NCBI GenBank assembly: GCA_044225365.1
Contig: JBGAIQ010000009.1
Location: forward strand, 64,001-128,000
Source: Planctomycetota bacterium
GTDB lineage: Bacteria > Planctomycetota > B15-G4 > JADJEK01
Length of the DNA stretch: 64,000 nt
Direction: 5' to 3'
This document shows, piece after piece, positions 19,502 through 30,200 of this stretch (its first letter is position 1; each line of letters starts with the position of its first letter). The notes under the pieces are model-generated. The model searched no databases, was not told the DNA's origin, and saw only the letters and a list, made by a program, of their open reading frames with translations. Both the position numbers and the translations under genes were made by a program.

Positions 19502-22500
19502 TCACGGACACAGCGTGAGGCGAAGCCCGTTCGAGAGCGCGACTCCCGCGATCTGGGATGGGTCCGCGGCGGCGGCCTGGAAGTAGAGCGTGATGCCGGC
19601 GTAGAGCGGATCCGTCCCGATCGGGATCGAGAGACTCGATTCGCCCTGGAACGTCGGCAACGGCACCACCGCGAGGAACCCACTGAGTCCGACGAGGAGC
19701 GTGCCGCCGAGGAAGGGCTGCGATCCCGGAGAGAGCGAGACCAGGAGGCTCGAGGACGCCGCGTTCTTCAGGCCCGTCGCGACGATCGTCGCGGTGCCGC
19801 CGAGCGAGGGGGAACCGGTCCCGACGAGGCCGAGGGAGTCCGCGGCCTTGGCGCTGCCGGCGCTCGGACCGTACGTCGTGAATCCGCAAGGCGGGGCGCA
19901 CCCGCCGCTCGGACCCGCCATCACGTACGCGAGGTGGAGACGCGGCGGAGTCGCAGTTCCGAAGCGCTTCACGCCGTAGAAATGCGACAGCGTATTGGCG
20001 CTTCCATCGAGGACGAGTCCGACCCGCGCGCCCGGCGCGTAGTCCGGGCGATCGAGGACTTCCTGCAGGATCGCGGAGAGATCCGGCGTGAAGACGCTCG
20101 TGCCGAGATCGAGGTGCGGCACGGCCCAGGTGACCGTCGCGCTGGTCATCGGTGCGACCTGGACGAGCGGCGCCTGGGATCCCGCGACGAACGGCGGCGC
20201 ATCGGCCACGTCGTAGGCGCGGATCGCGCAGGCCGGCTGACCGAATCCGTCGCCACTCCCCGTCAGCTCGAGCGACGCAGAGACGACGACCGATCCCACC
20301 GGCAACGGCGAGGCGAACTCGAATGCCGTTTGGTAACCGGCGACGTCCTTGCCGACGAAGAGGGCGTTGGGATCCGAGGCGCTCGCGAGCAGCACGCCCG
20401 TGGTCGATTGGTACTGAGCGTTGCGATCCGCCGCGGCCACCGCAATCGAGACGCTCGTCGGCGCGACGAGGTGATACAGCGCGGCGAGATTCAGTCCACC
20501 CACGGGCGCAGCGACGACGTGCGCCGCCGCGCCGCCGTCCGACCAGCAGGAGAATGCGTAGGTCGCACCGGAACTCGCGAAGACGAGCGGCGCCGCGACG
20601 GCGTGCTCGAAGCCGTCGATGCTCGCTTCGACGTGCGGCGTGCCGATCGGTTCGCCGTCGAGAACGAGCGGGACGCCCGGAGGAATCGACGAGAACGCGA
20701 GCGAGGAGACGTTCGGGTGCAGATCGACGCTAGTCGTTGCGGCGAGGCCGTCGCTGTCGGTCGCCGTGAGACGAATCTGGAAGTACGTCGAAGCCGGCGC
20801 GTGACCGGTCTTCGGGATCGTGAAGCTGCCGCTCGCGACGCCGATCGTCGGTCCGAAGAACGGGTGGACATGATCCTCGTGAACGAGGAGCACTTCGAAG
20901 GCGAGCAAAGAGGGCGGAAGGATCCCGTCCTCCTGGTCGCTCGCCGTTCCCGAGAATGCGATGACGTCGCCCGCGGCATACGCCAGGTTCGGTACCGGCG
21001 AGGCCAGGACCGGAATCGGCTTGGAGCCGACTTCGATGACGATCGGATCGGAGGTCGCGGCGAGCGCTCCGTCGCTCACGGTGAGCGACGCGACGAACTT
21101 GCCTTTGTTCGCGTACACGTGCGTCGGATTCGGCGTCGCGGCGAATTGCCCGTCGCCGAAGGCCCACGCATACGAAAGGCCCGCGATCGGACCGTCCGGG
21201 TCGAGAGTGCCCGCGCTCGAGAAATGGACGGTGAGCGGCGACGGACCGAGGAGCGGCGACGCGGAGGCCGCGACGAGCGGAGGGGCATTCGCATTGCCGA
21301 TGTACGAGATCCGGAGCAGGCCGGGTTGGTCGGGCAGCCCGCCGTACGTGACGCCGTACGCGAGGTAGTAGAGCGAGCCATCCGGCGCCGCTTTCAAGTC
21401 GACGATCGTGCGGCCGAGTCCGGGCCATAGGAACTGCGGGGCCGCGACGATCGCGCCAATTCCACCGGAGGAGTCGCGGAGAACGCGTCGTATCGAACGA
21501 TTCGCGTAGTCCGCGATGAACAGATTCCCGAGGTAGCTGCTCGGGAAGGAGCTGGCGCTCCCTCCTCGATAGACGGCCCCCATCGTGATCGAGCCCTGCG
21601 GGTAGAGGACGAAGTCGTCGGGATCGTCGTGGCGATAGTCGAAGAAGGGAGGCGAGATGGCGGCGCAATCGCCGACGTAGCACTGGTCGCCTTCCTGCAG
21701 CGGCCATCCAAAATTGCCGCCCGCGTTCACGCAATCGACCTCTTCGAATGCGTTCGTGGTATTGCCGCCGACATCGCCGACCACGATGCCAAGGCCCGCG
21801 GGCCCGGAGTCGACGGTGAGGCGAAACGGATTGCGAAATCCCGAAGCGTAGATTCCCGGCATCGCGCCCTGCAGCGAGACGAAGGGATTGTCGCTGGGGA
21901 TCGCACCGTCGTCGCGCAGGCGCAGCAGCTTGCCGAAGGGCGACGCGAGGTCCTGCGCGTATTGGCTGTTCAACTGGTCGCCCACGCCGACGAGCAGATT
22001 GCCCGCAGCGTCGAAGCCGAGCGCTCCGCCGTGATGGTATTGCGACGCGAGAGCGGGAGCCTGCCAGACGACGAGTTCGGAGTTGGCGGCGATGGAGTTG
22101 CCCGCGAGCGTGAAGCGACTCACCCGGTCGCGCGGCTCGCTCGTGGTGTAGAAGACGTAGACGAATCCATTGGATGCGAATTGCGGGTGGCGCGCGATGC
22201 CGAGGAGTCCGCGTTCGCCGTTCGAGTTGTCGACCGCGAATTGGATCGCGGGATTCGACAGCATCGCGCCGTTCTGGAAGATTCGAATCGCGCCGCCGCG
22301 CTCGGCGATCACGATCCTCCCGTCCGGGAGGAAGTCGAACGCGGTCGGCTGCGTGAGCGCCTCGGTGAGCACCACACGCTGGAAGCCTGGCGGCAGCATC
22401 CCGAACGAGATTGGAGCGCAACTCGAGGGATTGGACGCATAGTCGGTCCACGCGATGATCGAGCTCGATGCGGCGACAAGAGCGGATGGGCCGCCGTTCG

Positions 22501-23326
22501 CGCTCGCATCGGCGGTCGTCGGCCCTGCGCCTTCCTCGAACCGATACCAGGCGGCGAGCCCGGATGGCTGCGATGGCATCACGCGATCGAAGCGCGACAG
22601 GATCTGCGAGGCGGACAAGGCGCGCGACCACAGGCGGAATTCGTCGAGGTCGCCTTCGAAACGGGGAGATCCCGCGTCGTAGGCGTCGGCGCCGAGAACG
22701 AGCGATGGAAGATGCCCGCCCTGATTCGCGCCGTCGTTCGGGTAAGAGAGGTCGCCGCGGGAGACGTCGCCACTCTCGATGTCGAGCGCCCCATCGACGA
22801 AGATCCGCTTCTGCCCCGTCATCGCGTTTCGAACGCATGCGACGTGGTGCCAGTTGCCGTCGAGGACGTTCATTCCTCCTTCGAGCGTGTGCTCGGCGTC
22901 GAACGGCGCCTGCGCGCCCTTGCCCGTGCCGAAGCGGACGAATCCACCAGCGATCGCGACGCCGAACTCGGCGCCGTTGCTTCCTGCGATCTCGCGGTCG
23001 ACGACGACGTTGCCGACCTTCCAGTTCTGGACGAAGTACTCGCGATCTCCACCGCCGCTCGGTGTCGGGTTCGACGAGAGCGTTCCGCGCACCCAGAATT
23101 CGATCGTGAAGTCGCTCGCGCCAACATCCGCCGCTGTACTCGCGTCGATTCCGGGCGCATCGTCGTCGATCGCGAGCACCACCCGATCCGCTCCTTGCGT
23201 CGGCACACCGCTGAAGTGGAGCGCATGCTGCGATCCCTGGCCGTGCGCGCTCGATCCCGTCAGGACGCAAATCCCCGCGAACGCGAGTGCGCGAGAGAAT
23301 CGAATCTCGTTCGAAGCATGGCCCAT
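19502..23326 (-). CDS. Secreted LamG + PQQ-dependent sugar dehydrogenase (GSDH) + PKD multidomain protein
   Basis: LamG (FTIEFW, WHHVA, GDLDEFRLW), GSDH (GERGLLG, HHGGAL, GFRNPFR, GNFGWP) and PKD (YAWAFGDG, NPTHVY). Confidence 0.85.
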   Translation of the reverse strand: MGHASNEIRFSRALAFAGICVLTGSSAHGQGSQHALHFSGVPTQGADRVVLAIDDDAPGIDASTAADVGASDFTIEFWVRGTLSSNPTPSGGGDREYFVQNWKVGNVVVDREIAGSNGAEFGVAIAGGFVRFGTGKGAQAPFDAEHTLEGGMNVLDGNWHHVACVRNAMTGQKRIFVDGALDIESGDVSRGDLSYPNDGANQGGHLPSLVLGADAYDAGSPRFEGDLDEFRLWSRALSASQILSRFDRVMPSQPSGLAAWYRFEEGAGPTTADASANGGPSALVAASSSIIAWTDYASNPSSCAPISFGMLPPGFQRVVLTEALTQPTAFDFLPDGRIVIAERGGAIRIFQNGAMLSNPAIQFAVDNSNGERGLLGIARHPQFASNGFVYVFYTTSEPRDRVSRFTLAGNSIAANSELVVWQAPALASQYHHGGALGFDAAGNLLVGVGDQLNSQYAQDLASPFGKLLRLRDDGAIPSDNPFVSLQGAMPGIYASGFRNPFRLTVDSGPAGLGIVVGDVGGNTTNAFEEVDCVNAGGNFGWPLQEGDQCYVGDCAAISPPFFDYRHDDPDDFVLYPQGSITMGAVYRGGSASSFPSSYLGNLFIADYANRSIRRVLRDSSGGIGAIVAAPQFLWPGLGRTIVDLKAAPDGSLYYLAYGVTYGGLPDQPGLLRISYIGNANAPPLVAASASPLLGPSPLTVHFSSAGTLDPDGPIAGLSYAWAFGDGQFAATPNPTHVYANKGKFVASLTVSDGALAATSDPIVIEVGSKPIPVLASPVPNLAYAAGDVIAFSGTASDQEDGILPPSLLAFEVLLVHEDHVHPFFGPTIGVASGSFTIPKTGHAPASTYFQIRLTATDSDGLAATTSVDLHPNVSSLAFSSIPPGVPLVLDGEPIGTPHVEASIDGFEHAVAAPLVFASSGATYAFSCWSDGGAAAHVVAAPVGGLNLAALYHLVAPTSVSIAVAAADRNAQYQSTTGVLLASASDPNALFVGKDVAGYQTAFEFASPLPVGSVVVSASLELTGSGDGFGQPACAIRAYDVADAPPFVAGSQAPLVQVAPMTSATVTWAVPHLDLGTSVFTPDLSAILQEVLDRPDYAPGARVGLVLDGSANTLSHFYGVKRFGTATPPRLHLAYVMAGPSGGCAPPCGFTTYGPSAGSAKAADSLGLVGTGSPSLGGTATIVATGLKNAASSSLLVSLSPGSQPFLGGTLLVGLSGFLAVVPLPTFQGESSLSIPIGTDPLYAGITLYFQAAAADPSQIAGVALSNGLRLTLCP

Positions 23327-23408
23327 GCAGACTCCCGTCCGTCACCGGTCCTCGGTCGATCCTACCTTGGGAACGTCCGGGACGGGTCGTGAGGGCCACC
23401 GGCATCCC

Positions 23409-23513
23409 GGCGGTCACGGACCGCGTCCGCCGCCGCCGGTTTCGGCGGTTACGGACCGCGTCCGCCGCCGACGGTTTCGGCGGTTACGGACCGCGTCCGC
23501 CGCCGACGCTTTC
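23409..23513. repeat. Three tandem 35-bp REP-like repeats
   Basis: GGCGGTTACGGACCGCGTCCGCCGCCGACGGTTTC at 23409, 23444 and 23479, with 1-2 mismatches and no spacers. Confidence 0.92.
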
Positions 23514-23527
23514 GAAGGGGAAAGCCG

Positions 23528-24421
23528 CTATTTCGCGTAACCGACGACGTAGGCGATCCACGCCGGGTCGTGCTGGAAATACGAGCGCAAGCGATAACGG
23601 CCGTCGGCGTCGTTTGCGGCCCAATCCCACCCGTCCACGTAGACCTCGGCGCGGGCGAATCCCGCCTCGACGAGCAGTTCGCAGAGTTCGGGGATCGTCC
23701 AGAAGCGCCAGTCGTACGTGAAAGCGTTGCGTCGCTTCACGCCGTGCGGGAGTTCGAAGTGGATCGCGCACTGGAAGTCGTGGTCGACAGGATTGAATCG
23801 GACCTGGTCCCACACGTAGGTGAAGCGCGGCAGCTTCGTCCCGCAGGGAAGGGTCTGCGATGGGATGATCCGCCGGTCCGTCGTCTCCGACATCGACTCG
23901 GTGCCCCCGAAAGCATCGAGGACCAGGATCCCGCCCTTCGTGAGGCCGCGCCGCGCGGCTTCGAAGTAGCCGCGCATCGCATCGCGGGTCTTGAACACCC
24001 AGTACGAGAAATTGAGGGCGAGGATCGCCTCGACTGGATCGCATTCGACGCGACGAACATCGGCTTCGAGCAGCGCGAGCCGCGGCGCAGCCTTGCCGAG
24101 CGCCGGGACGTTGTGTCGCCGCGCCCACTCGAGCGTCGGCGAGTGCAGTTCGACACCAATCGCCCGCCGATCCTTCGACTTGGCGACGAACGCACACGAA
24201 ATCATCGCCGTGCCGCAGAAGTCCTCGCGGATGCTTCGCAACGGCCGACCGTTCGCGTGCTTGAAGACTCGCTGGGCGAACCCGAGGTCCGCGTCGACGC
24301 TCTGCACCGACCCCTGATAGAGATGATGATCGTCGTAGGCGACGCGAGGGACGCTAGGGACTCGCGCACGGGACGCGAGAGGTCGGGCCTTGTGCGAAAC
24401 TTTGCGGTCGAAGCGGATCAT
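23528..24421 (-). CDS. Class I SAM-dependent methyltransferase
   Basis: LYQGSVQ, REDFCGTA, ALNFSYW, GGILVLD and FTYDWRFW. Start uncertain. Confidence 0.82.
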   Translation of the reverse strand: MIRFDRKVSHKARPLASRARVPSVPRVAYDDHHLYQGSVQSVDADLGFAQRVFKHANGRPLRSIREDFCGTAMISCAFVAKSKDRRAIGVELHSPTLEWARRHNVPALGKAAPRLALLEADVRRVECDPVEAILALNFSYWVFKTRDAMRGYFEAARRGLTKGGILVLDAFGGTESMSETTDRRIIPSQTLPCGTKLPRFTYVWDQVRFNPVDHDFQCAIHFELPHGVKRRNAFTYDWRFWTIPELCELLVEAGFARAEVYVDGWDWAANDADGRYRLRSYFQHDPAWIAYVVGYAK

Positions 24422-24512
24422 CGTGGACGAAACCCCTGGAGCCAATCGGCTGCGAGAGGTCGGAACGATACCCATTCCACCGTCGTCCGCAACGAACGGC
24501 CGGGCTTCGCGG

Positions 24513-26465
24513 TCAGCGATCGGGCTCGACCGGCGACGGGGACGTGAGGGTAGCCGGACCCGCGATCTCGGTGGGCGGTTCCGCCTCGCGTTCCGGAACA
24601 TCGATCGCGATCGCGCCGAGTCCGAGTTCGGGATTCGCGGCATTCGCGGCAATCGACGCGTAGCGCGCGGCGAGATCCGACTCTTTCGAGCGCGTGAAGA
24701 GGCGTGCGAGCGAGCGCGCGATCGCGGCGAGATCTCCCTCGATATCGGCGTCGCCCGGTGCGTTCGCGTACGCGCGAGCGCACAGCTCGTACGCGGCGCG
24801 GAGCGAAGTCTTGGCTTCGTCGAGATGACCGAGCTTCAACAGGAGTTCGCCCTCGCGCTGCGGCAAGCGCCAGACGAATCCGGACGTCCGATCGATCACG
24901 CTCGCGCCGCCGATGCACGCCGACGGCACCAGCATCCGCGAGCGGTCCTTCGGACAGAGCGCCGCGATCACGTCGTCGCCGTGTTTCTTCAATGTCGCCC
25001 GCTGGATCTCGAGGGAACGCGTCCAGGCGCGCTTCGGCGCAGCCGCATCGGCGGGCTGCCGGCTCGCGAGCATGTCGCCCACCATTTCGTAGCTATCGGC
25101 CACGACGACCGAAACTCGAATGTCGTCGCCCTGATCCTTGTCGAGTTCCTCGAGGCTGGCGCGCGCCTTCGCGAGTTCACGGTCGAATCGCTTCACCTCG
25201 GCGGTCTCGCTCGGAGACCCATCCCTCAGCATCCACACCGCGCGACGCGGCGCGTCGAGGGAAGCGAGCGCGCGAATCTGCTCGCGCAGTTCCTCGGCGT
25301 CCCGAGCGATCGATCCCGCATTGCGTTCGGCTTCGACGCGCGCCACGTGCTCGCTCTTTACTCGCGAATGCAGCGCGGCGATCGCGCCGGCACTCGAGAT
25401 CGTGACGAGGACGAGTGCGCCGGCGAGAAGCGTCAACGCGCGATTGCGACGCGCGAAGCGACGCAGCTTCTGCACGCGGCTCTGGGGTCGCGCCGCGATC
25501 GGTTCGCCCTGGATCCACCGCGCGAGATCTTCCGAGAGAGCCCGCGCCGAGGCGTAGCGCTGCTCGCGCGCCTTCGCGATCGCCGTCTCGATGATGATCT
25601 CGAGATCGCGATCGAGCGTGGGATCGTGGCTCGACGGCGTCTTCGGCGACGATTCTTGTACGCACTTGATCGCCTCGTAGACCGGCGTATCGCGTACGTC
25701 GTACGGCAACGCCGAGGTGAGGAGTTCGTAGAGCACGACGCCGAGCGAGTACACGTCGGAGCGCGCATCGACCTGCGAGGGGTCGGCCGCGCATTGCTCG
25801 GGACTCATGTACTGCACGGTGCCGAGGATCTGTCCCATCTCGGTGCGGAACACGCCGCTCTCGTGCTTCCCGCCCATCACGCGCGCGACGCCGAAATCGA
25901 TCACCTTCGGCTCGCCAACCTCGTCGACGAGCAGGTTGTCGGGCTTCAAATCGCGATGCAGGACGCCGCATTCGTGGCCGTAGTGGACGGCATCGCAAAC
26001 CTTCAGGAACAACGAAACGCGTTCGACGCGCGAGAGATTCCGATCGGCGGCGAATTTGGTGATCGGCTGCGCACCGCGGACGAACTCGAGGGCGATGAAC
26101 GGAACGGGGCCGTAGATCTCGGCGCCCGGCCCGGGAATGTGAGTTCCCGCCGAATAGACTTTCGCGATGTTCGGATGGGACAGGCGCGCGAGCACTTCGG
26201 CCTCGCGCTCGAAGCGCCCTTCGAGTTGCTTCGATCCGAGCCCATTGCGCATGACCTTGAGCGCCACCGCTCGGTCCGGGCGATCCTGCTTCGCCTCGTA
26301 GACCGTACCCATCCCGCCGACGCCGAGACGACGAACGATCGAGAACCCGCCGATTCGCTGCGGCAACGCAGCCGCGGCGGGATCAGCAGCCCGAAACTCG
26401 TCCTCCTCGACGTCGCGAAAACTGACTCGCGTCGGAAGCCTGTCGTTCCGTGCGCCCATAACCAT
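24513..26465 (-). CDS. Membrane Ser/Thr protein kinase
   Basis: LGVGGMGTVY, VALK, HRDLKPDN, DFG and YMSPEQ, then a TM helix and a helical C-terminus. Confidence 0.92.
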   Translation of the reverse strand: MVMGARNDRLPTRVSFRDVEEDEFRAADPAAAALPQRIGGFSIVRRLGVGGMGTVYEAKQDRPDRAVALKVMRNGLGSKQLEGRFEREAEVLARLSHPNIAKVYSAGTHIPGPGAEIYGPVPFIALEFVRGAQPITKFAADRNLSRVERVSLFLKVCDAVHYGHECGVLHRDLKPDNLLVDEVGEPKVIDFGVARVMGGKHESGVFRTEMGQILGTVQYMSPEQCAADPSQVDARSDVYSLGVVLYELLTSALPYDVRDTPVYEAIKCVQESSPKTPSSHDPTLDRDLEIIIETAIAKAREQRYASARALSEDLARWIQGEPIAARPQSRVQKLRRFARRNRALTLLAGALVLVTISSAGAIAALHSRVKSEHVARVEAERNAGSIARDAEELREQIRALASLDAPRRAVWMLRDGSPSETAEVKRFDRELAKARASLEELDKDQGDDIRVSVVVADSYEMVGDMLASRQPADAAAPKRAWTRSLEIQRATLKKHGDDVIAALCPKDRSRMLVPSACIGGASVIDRTSGFVWRLPQREGELLLKLGHLDEAKTSLRAAYELCARAYANAPGDADIEGDLAAIARSLARLFTRSKESDLAARYASIAANAANPELGLGAIAIDVPEREAEPPTEIAGPATLTSPSPVEPDR

Positions 26466-26743
26466 CTCTTCGCAGCGACTACTGCACAACGCCGATTCGT
26501 CGGGCGCGTTGGACGCAAGTTCAAGATTCCACTTGCGCCCCATTTCCGACCCGAGAACCTCGGATCGGGCAACCGAACTGCTCTGGCGACCGGAAACGAG
26601 CCGCTCCGCGCTCGGTTCCCGATGAATCCGAGTCAGGCGAATTGTTTCGGCGGGAGAATCAGCACGCGGCGTTCCCAGCGGAGGAACGCCGGGATGTAGA
26701 GGGCGGTCGGAAGGAAATTATTTCGCCGGATGCGAAATCGCCG

Positions 26744-26989
26744 TCAGTTGAAGGCTCCGCAATCGGGCATCGCGCAGCCCGAGGGAGGACAGGAACTCGC
26801 CTGCGGAGCCCCACACGGCCCGTCTCCACATGCCGAGGGCGACGTGCTCGAGCCCACGCCGAAAACGGAGAACTTCTTCTCCACCTTCTCGCTCTTGCAG
26901 GCGGGACAGCTCACGACCTCGTCGGAACGAAAGACCAGGGTCTCGAAGGGCGCGGAGCACTTGCGGCAAGTGTATTCGTAGATCGGCAC
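26744..26989 (-). CDS. FmdB-family zinc-ribbon protein
   Basis: MPIYEYTCRKC...CPACKS..VEKKFSVF. Confidence 0.9.
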   Translation of the reverse strand: MPIYEYTCRKCSAPFETLVFRSDEVVSCPACKSEKVEKKFSVFGVGSSTSPSACGDGPCGAPQASSCPPSGCAMPDCGAFN

Positions 26990-27086
26990 GGTGAGGTCTC
27001 TTCACGAGATCGGGACAGCGGAACGAGCGTCGAACTGTTCGAAAAGCGTACGCGACCCGGATCGCGCACGAAAGCTCCGACCAGAC

Positions 27087-28778
27087 TCAACCGATCGTGA
27101 TCCTCACGGCGTTCGACAGGCTGAAGCCGACGAAGGCACCGGGATCGGCCACCATGAGCTGCATCGCGATCGTCGCCTGAGCGAATCCCGCGGGAATGGT
27201 GGTGGTCACACCGAAACCGCCGTTCCCGGCACCCGAGCCGGACAGGGCGGCTGGCACGATCACGAGGAGCGGGACCTGCAGGCTGAGGAACACTCCGCCC
27301 GCCGTGATGGGAGTCGATCCGAGTTGCGGCGCCAGAAGGAGGAGGCCCGAAGCTCCGCCCAGTGCGTTCGCTGCCGTCAGCGTGATCGTTGCCCCTTCGC
27401 GGGGGCACCCGGTCGCGACCAGGGACGGCACGAGTCCGCCCGATCCCGGAAAACCCGTACCCGCGAGCACGATGCTCCCCGCGCAGCCGTTGTAGACGCG
27501 GGCCGAACCCGCATTCGATCCGGTGTCGTCGTCGTCGCGAGCGCCGATCAGGATGTCGTCGTACCCGTTCCCATCGCTGTCGCCGATCCCCGCGACGGCG
27601 AACGCGAAGATGTCGTTCACCGAGTCCTCGTTCAATTGGTACAGGAGCGCGCCGGTCTTGCCCGAATAGACGCGCGCGAGGCCGTGATTGAAACCCGTGG
27701 CGTTGCCGAGGAACGGTGTGCCCGCTTCGACATCCGGCACCCCGTCGCCGTCGACGTCGCCGAGCCCCGCGACCGACCGCCCGAAGTACATGTCGGGGAC
27801 CTCGCCGTCGAACTCGTAGAGCAAGGCGCTCGTCGCGCCGGAGAAGACACGCGCGCTCCCGGACTGCGTGCCGTTCGGATCGTCGTGGTGCGACCCGACG
27901 ATGAAGTCGTCGGCACCATCGCCATCGATGTCGTGGGCGAGGTCGACCGAGATGCCGAAGAAATCACCCGCGACGTGACCCGTCACGAGGCCGAGGAGCG
28001 GCCCGCCCGCCAAGCCCGAGAAGACGTAGCAAGCGCCAGAGTCGATCCCCTGGTAGTCGGCGTGCCACGATCCCACGGCGACGTCCGCGGCTCCGTCGTT
28101 GTTGTAGTCGCCTCCCGCGAGCACGCGGCCGAACTCCTCGAACGCCGTGACACCGCTGTAGCGTTGCAGCACCGAGCCGTTCAGTCCCGAGACCAGCGTC
28201 ACGGTCCCGCCATCCGGCCCGGGCGTGCAGTCCTCGAAGGGCGATCCGATCGCAAAGTCGACCCGCCCGTCGAGGTTGGCATCGCCGACGGACGCGACGC
28301 CATAGCCGAAATGTGCGTTGTTCTGGGTCCCGAGGAACATCGCGATGAGATTGCCGGTCGCGCCGGAGACGACGCGCACGCAGCCGACATCCGTTAGATT
28401 GCCGCTGTCGCGTCCATACGACCCGACGAGCACGTCCGGAATACCGTCGCCGTCGAGATCGCCGCCACCCGCGACCGAGATTCCCGCCTGCTCGTTCGTC
28501 TGATCGCCCGCGACGGTGAAGAGCGTCGCTCCGGTCTTTCCGGAGTAGACCCGGGCATAGCCGCCATCGACGGCGAGCGTGTCGCCCTGGTAGGCGCCTG
28601 CGATGAAGTCGAATTTGCCGTCACCATCGATGTCGCCGGCGGGGCCCACCGCACGCCCGAGACGATCGCCCGCCTTGTCGCCGAACACGGTGTAGCGCGC
28701 GCTCTGCGCCATGGCGGGATGCATCCCGCCGAGCACGGCACAGACCGAGACTGCACTTGGAAACCAAATCGACCGCAT
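27087..28778 (-). CDS. Secreted integrin-alpha/FG-GAP repeat protein
   Basis: Signal peptide followed by about seven GDxDGDG..D repeats. Confidence 0.88.
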   Translation of the reverse strand: MRSIWFPSAVSVCAVLGGMHPAMAQSARYTVFGDKAGDRLGRAVGPAGDIDGDGKFDFIAGAYQGDTLAVDGGYARVYSGKTGATLFTVAGDQTNEQAGISVAGGGDLDGDGIPDVLVGSYGRDSGNLTDVGCVRVVSGATGNLIAMFLGTQNNAHFGYGVASVGDANLDGRVDFAIGSPFEDCTPGPDGGTVTLVSGLNGSVLQRYSGVTAFEEFGRVLAGGDYNNDGAADVAVGSWHADYQGIDSGACYVFSGLAGGPLLGLVTGHVAGDFFGISVDLAHDIDGDGADDFIVGSHHDDPNGTQSGSARVFSGATSALLYEFDGEVPDMYFGRSVAGLGDVDGDGVPDVEAGTPFLGNATGFNHGLARVYSGKTGALLYQLNEDSVNDIFAFAVAGIGDSDGNGYDDILIGARDDDDTGSNAGSARVYNGCAGSIVLAGTGFPGSGGLVPSLVATGCPREGATITLTAANALGGASGLLLLAPQLGSTPITAGGVFLSLQVPLLVIVPAALSGSGAGNGGFGVTTTIPAGFAQATIAMQLMVADPGAFVGFSLSNAVRITIG

Positions 28779-29037
28779 TTCACATCTCCGACTCGAAACG
28801 GCTCCACCCCCGGCAGGGCGAGGCTCGCTGGACCCACGACGCGTCGGGCGATGGCCCCAGGGACGCGTCCCCTCGATGACGTGACTCCGATCGATTCCAT
28901 CGATGCCATGGACCGAACGGAGTCGCAAGCTCCACAGTATACTGCGGGAGATTCTACCTGCCAATCGACGACACGCGGGCCCAGTCCCTCCCTCTCTGTC
29001 GTCGACCCCTAGGAAACGGTGATTCCGAGGCTCTTGG

Positions 29038-30180
29038 ATGGCGTCGTATCGCGTCGCTCTTGGCCGACTTGCCCTGATGCTTGGCCCCTTCGTCCTCGGA
29101 GTCGTCCTCGCCGAGTGGTACGCCTCGACCACGCCGGACGGGAACGCGGCCTACTTCATCGAAGATCCCGAGCTGACGGTCGTCCGCAAGCCCGGCATCG
29201 ACGGCTACACGGTCGGCAACGCGCGCTGGATCCCTGTCCACATCAACCGCGAAGGTCTGCGCGACGACGAACTCCCGAGCATGCGCGATCCCGCCGAGTC
29301 GTGGGTGCTCTGCATCGGCGACTCCTTCACCTTCGGCGGCGGAGTCGAGACGAACGAAGCATGGCCGCAACGATTGCAGGCGATCGTCGGGACGCCGGAG
29401 TCGTCGAAGTTTCGCGTCCTCAACGGCGGCGCGAACGGTTGGGACACCCCCTGGCAGCGCCTCTACCTGGAGAAGCGCGGCCTGCCGCGGCTGAAGCCCG
29501 CGATCGTGGTGCTCGGCTTCAACTGGAACGACCTCGAGATCTCGATCGACGCTCCGCAGCAGGCCGTCGACAACTTCATCCTCTGCAAGGGCATTCCCCA
29601 GCTCGAGTGGTGCGCTCGATTCGCTTGGATCCGCGAGACGCATCTCTTCCGTCTCGCCTACAGTCGCGTTCGCAAGTCGGCCTATGTCCCGACCGACCAG
29701 GATCTGAAGAACTGGACCGCGGAGTATCGGGCCAAGCGCGAGCGCGACGCGATCACTCCCGAGCGCAAGGTCGCCGAGATTCGCAAGCGGCGATTCAAGG
29801 ACGGCAAGCCCGACGAAGCCTTCTGGCTCGCGACGGACACGAAGGACTGGAAGATCGTTCGCGAAGAGATGAAGAAGATCCGCGATCTGTGCGCCGCGCA
29901 GAACACCAAGTTCTTGGTGGCGATGCTGCCCGAGCCGACTTGGAACGGACCGGGCGTATTCCCCGGCGCGGAGCGCATGATCGCGCTGCTCGATGCGATC
30001 GGCGTGCCCTACGTCGACGTCGAGCCCGCCTTCCTCGAGCGCGACAAGGACGGTCGCCTGAACGGGCAGGGGCAAGGTCTGTGGCTGCGCTACGACCCGT
30101 TCCATCCGACGCCGAAGGGCCAGCAGATCTTCGCCGACGTGATCGCGGGGAAACTCCGTGAGCTGCATTGGATCCCGTAG
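29038..30180 (+). CDS. SGNH/GDSL hydrolase family protein
   Basis: INREGLR, CIGDSFTFG, VLNGGANG, NDL and DPFHPTPKG. Confidence 0.88.
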   Translation: MASYRVALGRLALMLGPFVLGVVLAEWYASTTPDGNAAYFIEDPELTVVRKPGIDGYTVGNARWIPVHINREGLRDDELPSMRDPAESWVLCIGDSFTFGGGVETNEAWPQRLQAIVGTPESSKFRVLNGGANGWDTPWQRLYLEKRGLPRLKPAIVVLGFNWNDLEISIDAPQQAVDNFILCKGIPQLEWCARFAWIRETHLFRLAYSRVRKSAYVPTDQDLKNWTAEYRAKRERDAITPERKVAEIRKRRFKDGKPDEAFWLATDTKDWKIVREEMKKIRDLCAAQNTKFLVAMLPEPTWNGPGVFPGAERMIALLDAIGVPYVDVEPAFLERDKDGRLNGQGQGLWLRYDPFHPTPKGQQIFADVIAGKLRELHWIP

Positions 30181-30200
30181 CTCGCGACAGCACGAGGAAG

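Noticed and set aside
23409-23513. CRISPR array
   Set aside because: The units are directly adjacent with no unique spacers, and there are no cas genes in the window.
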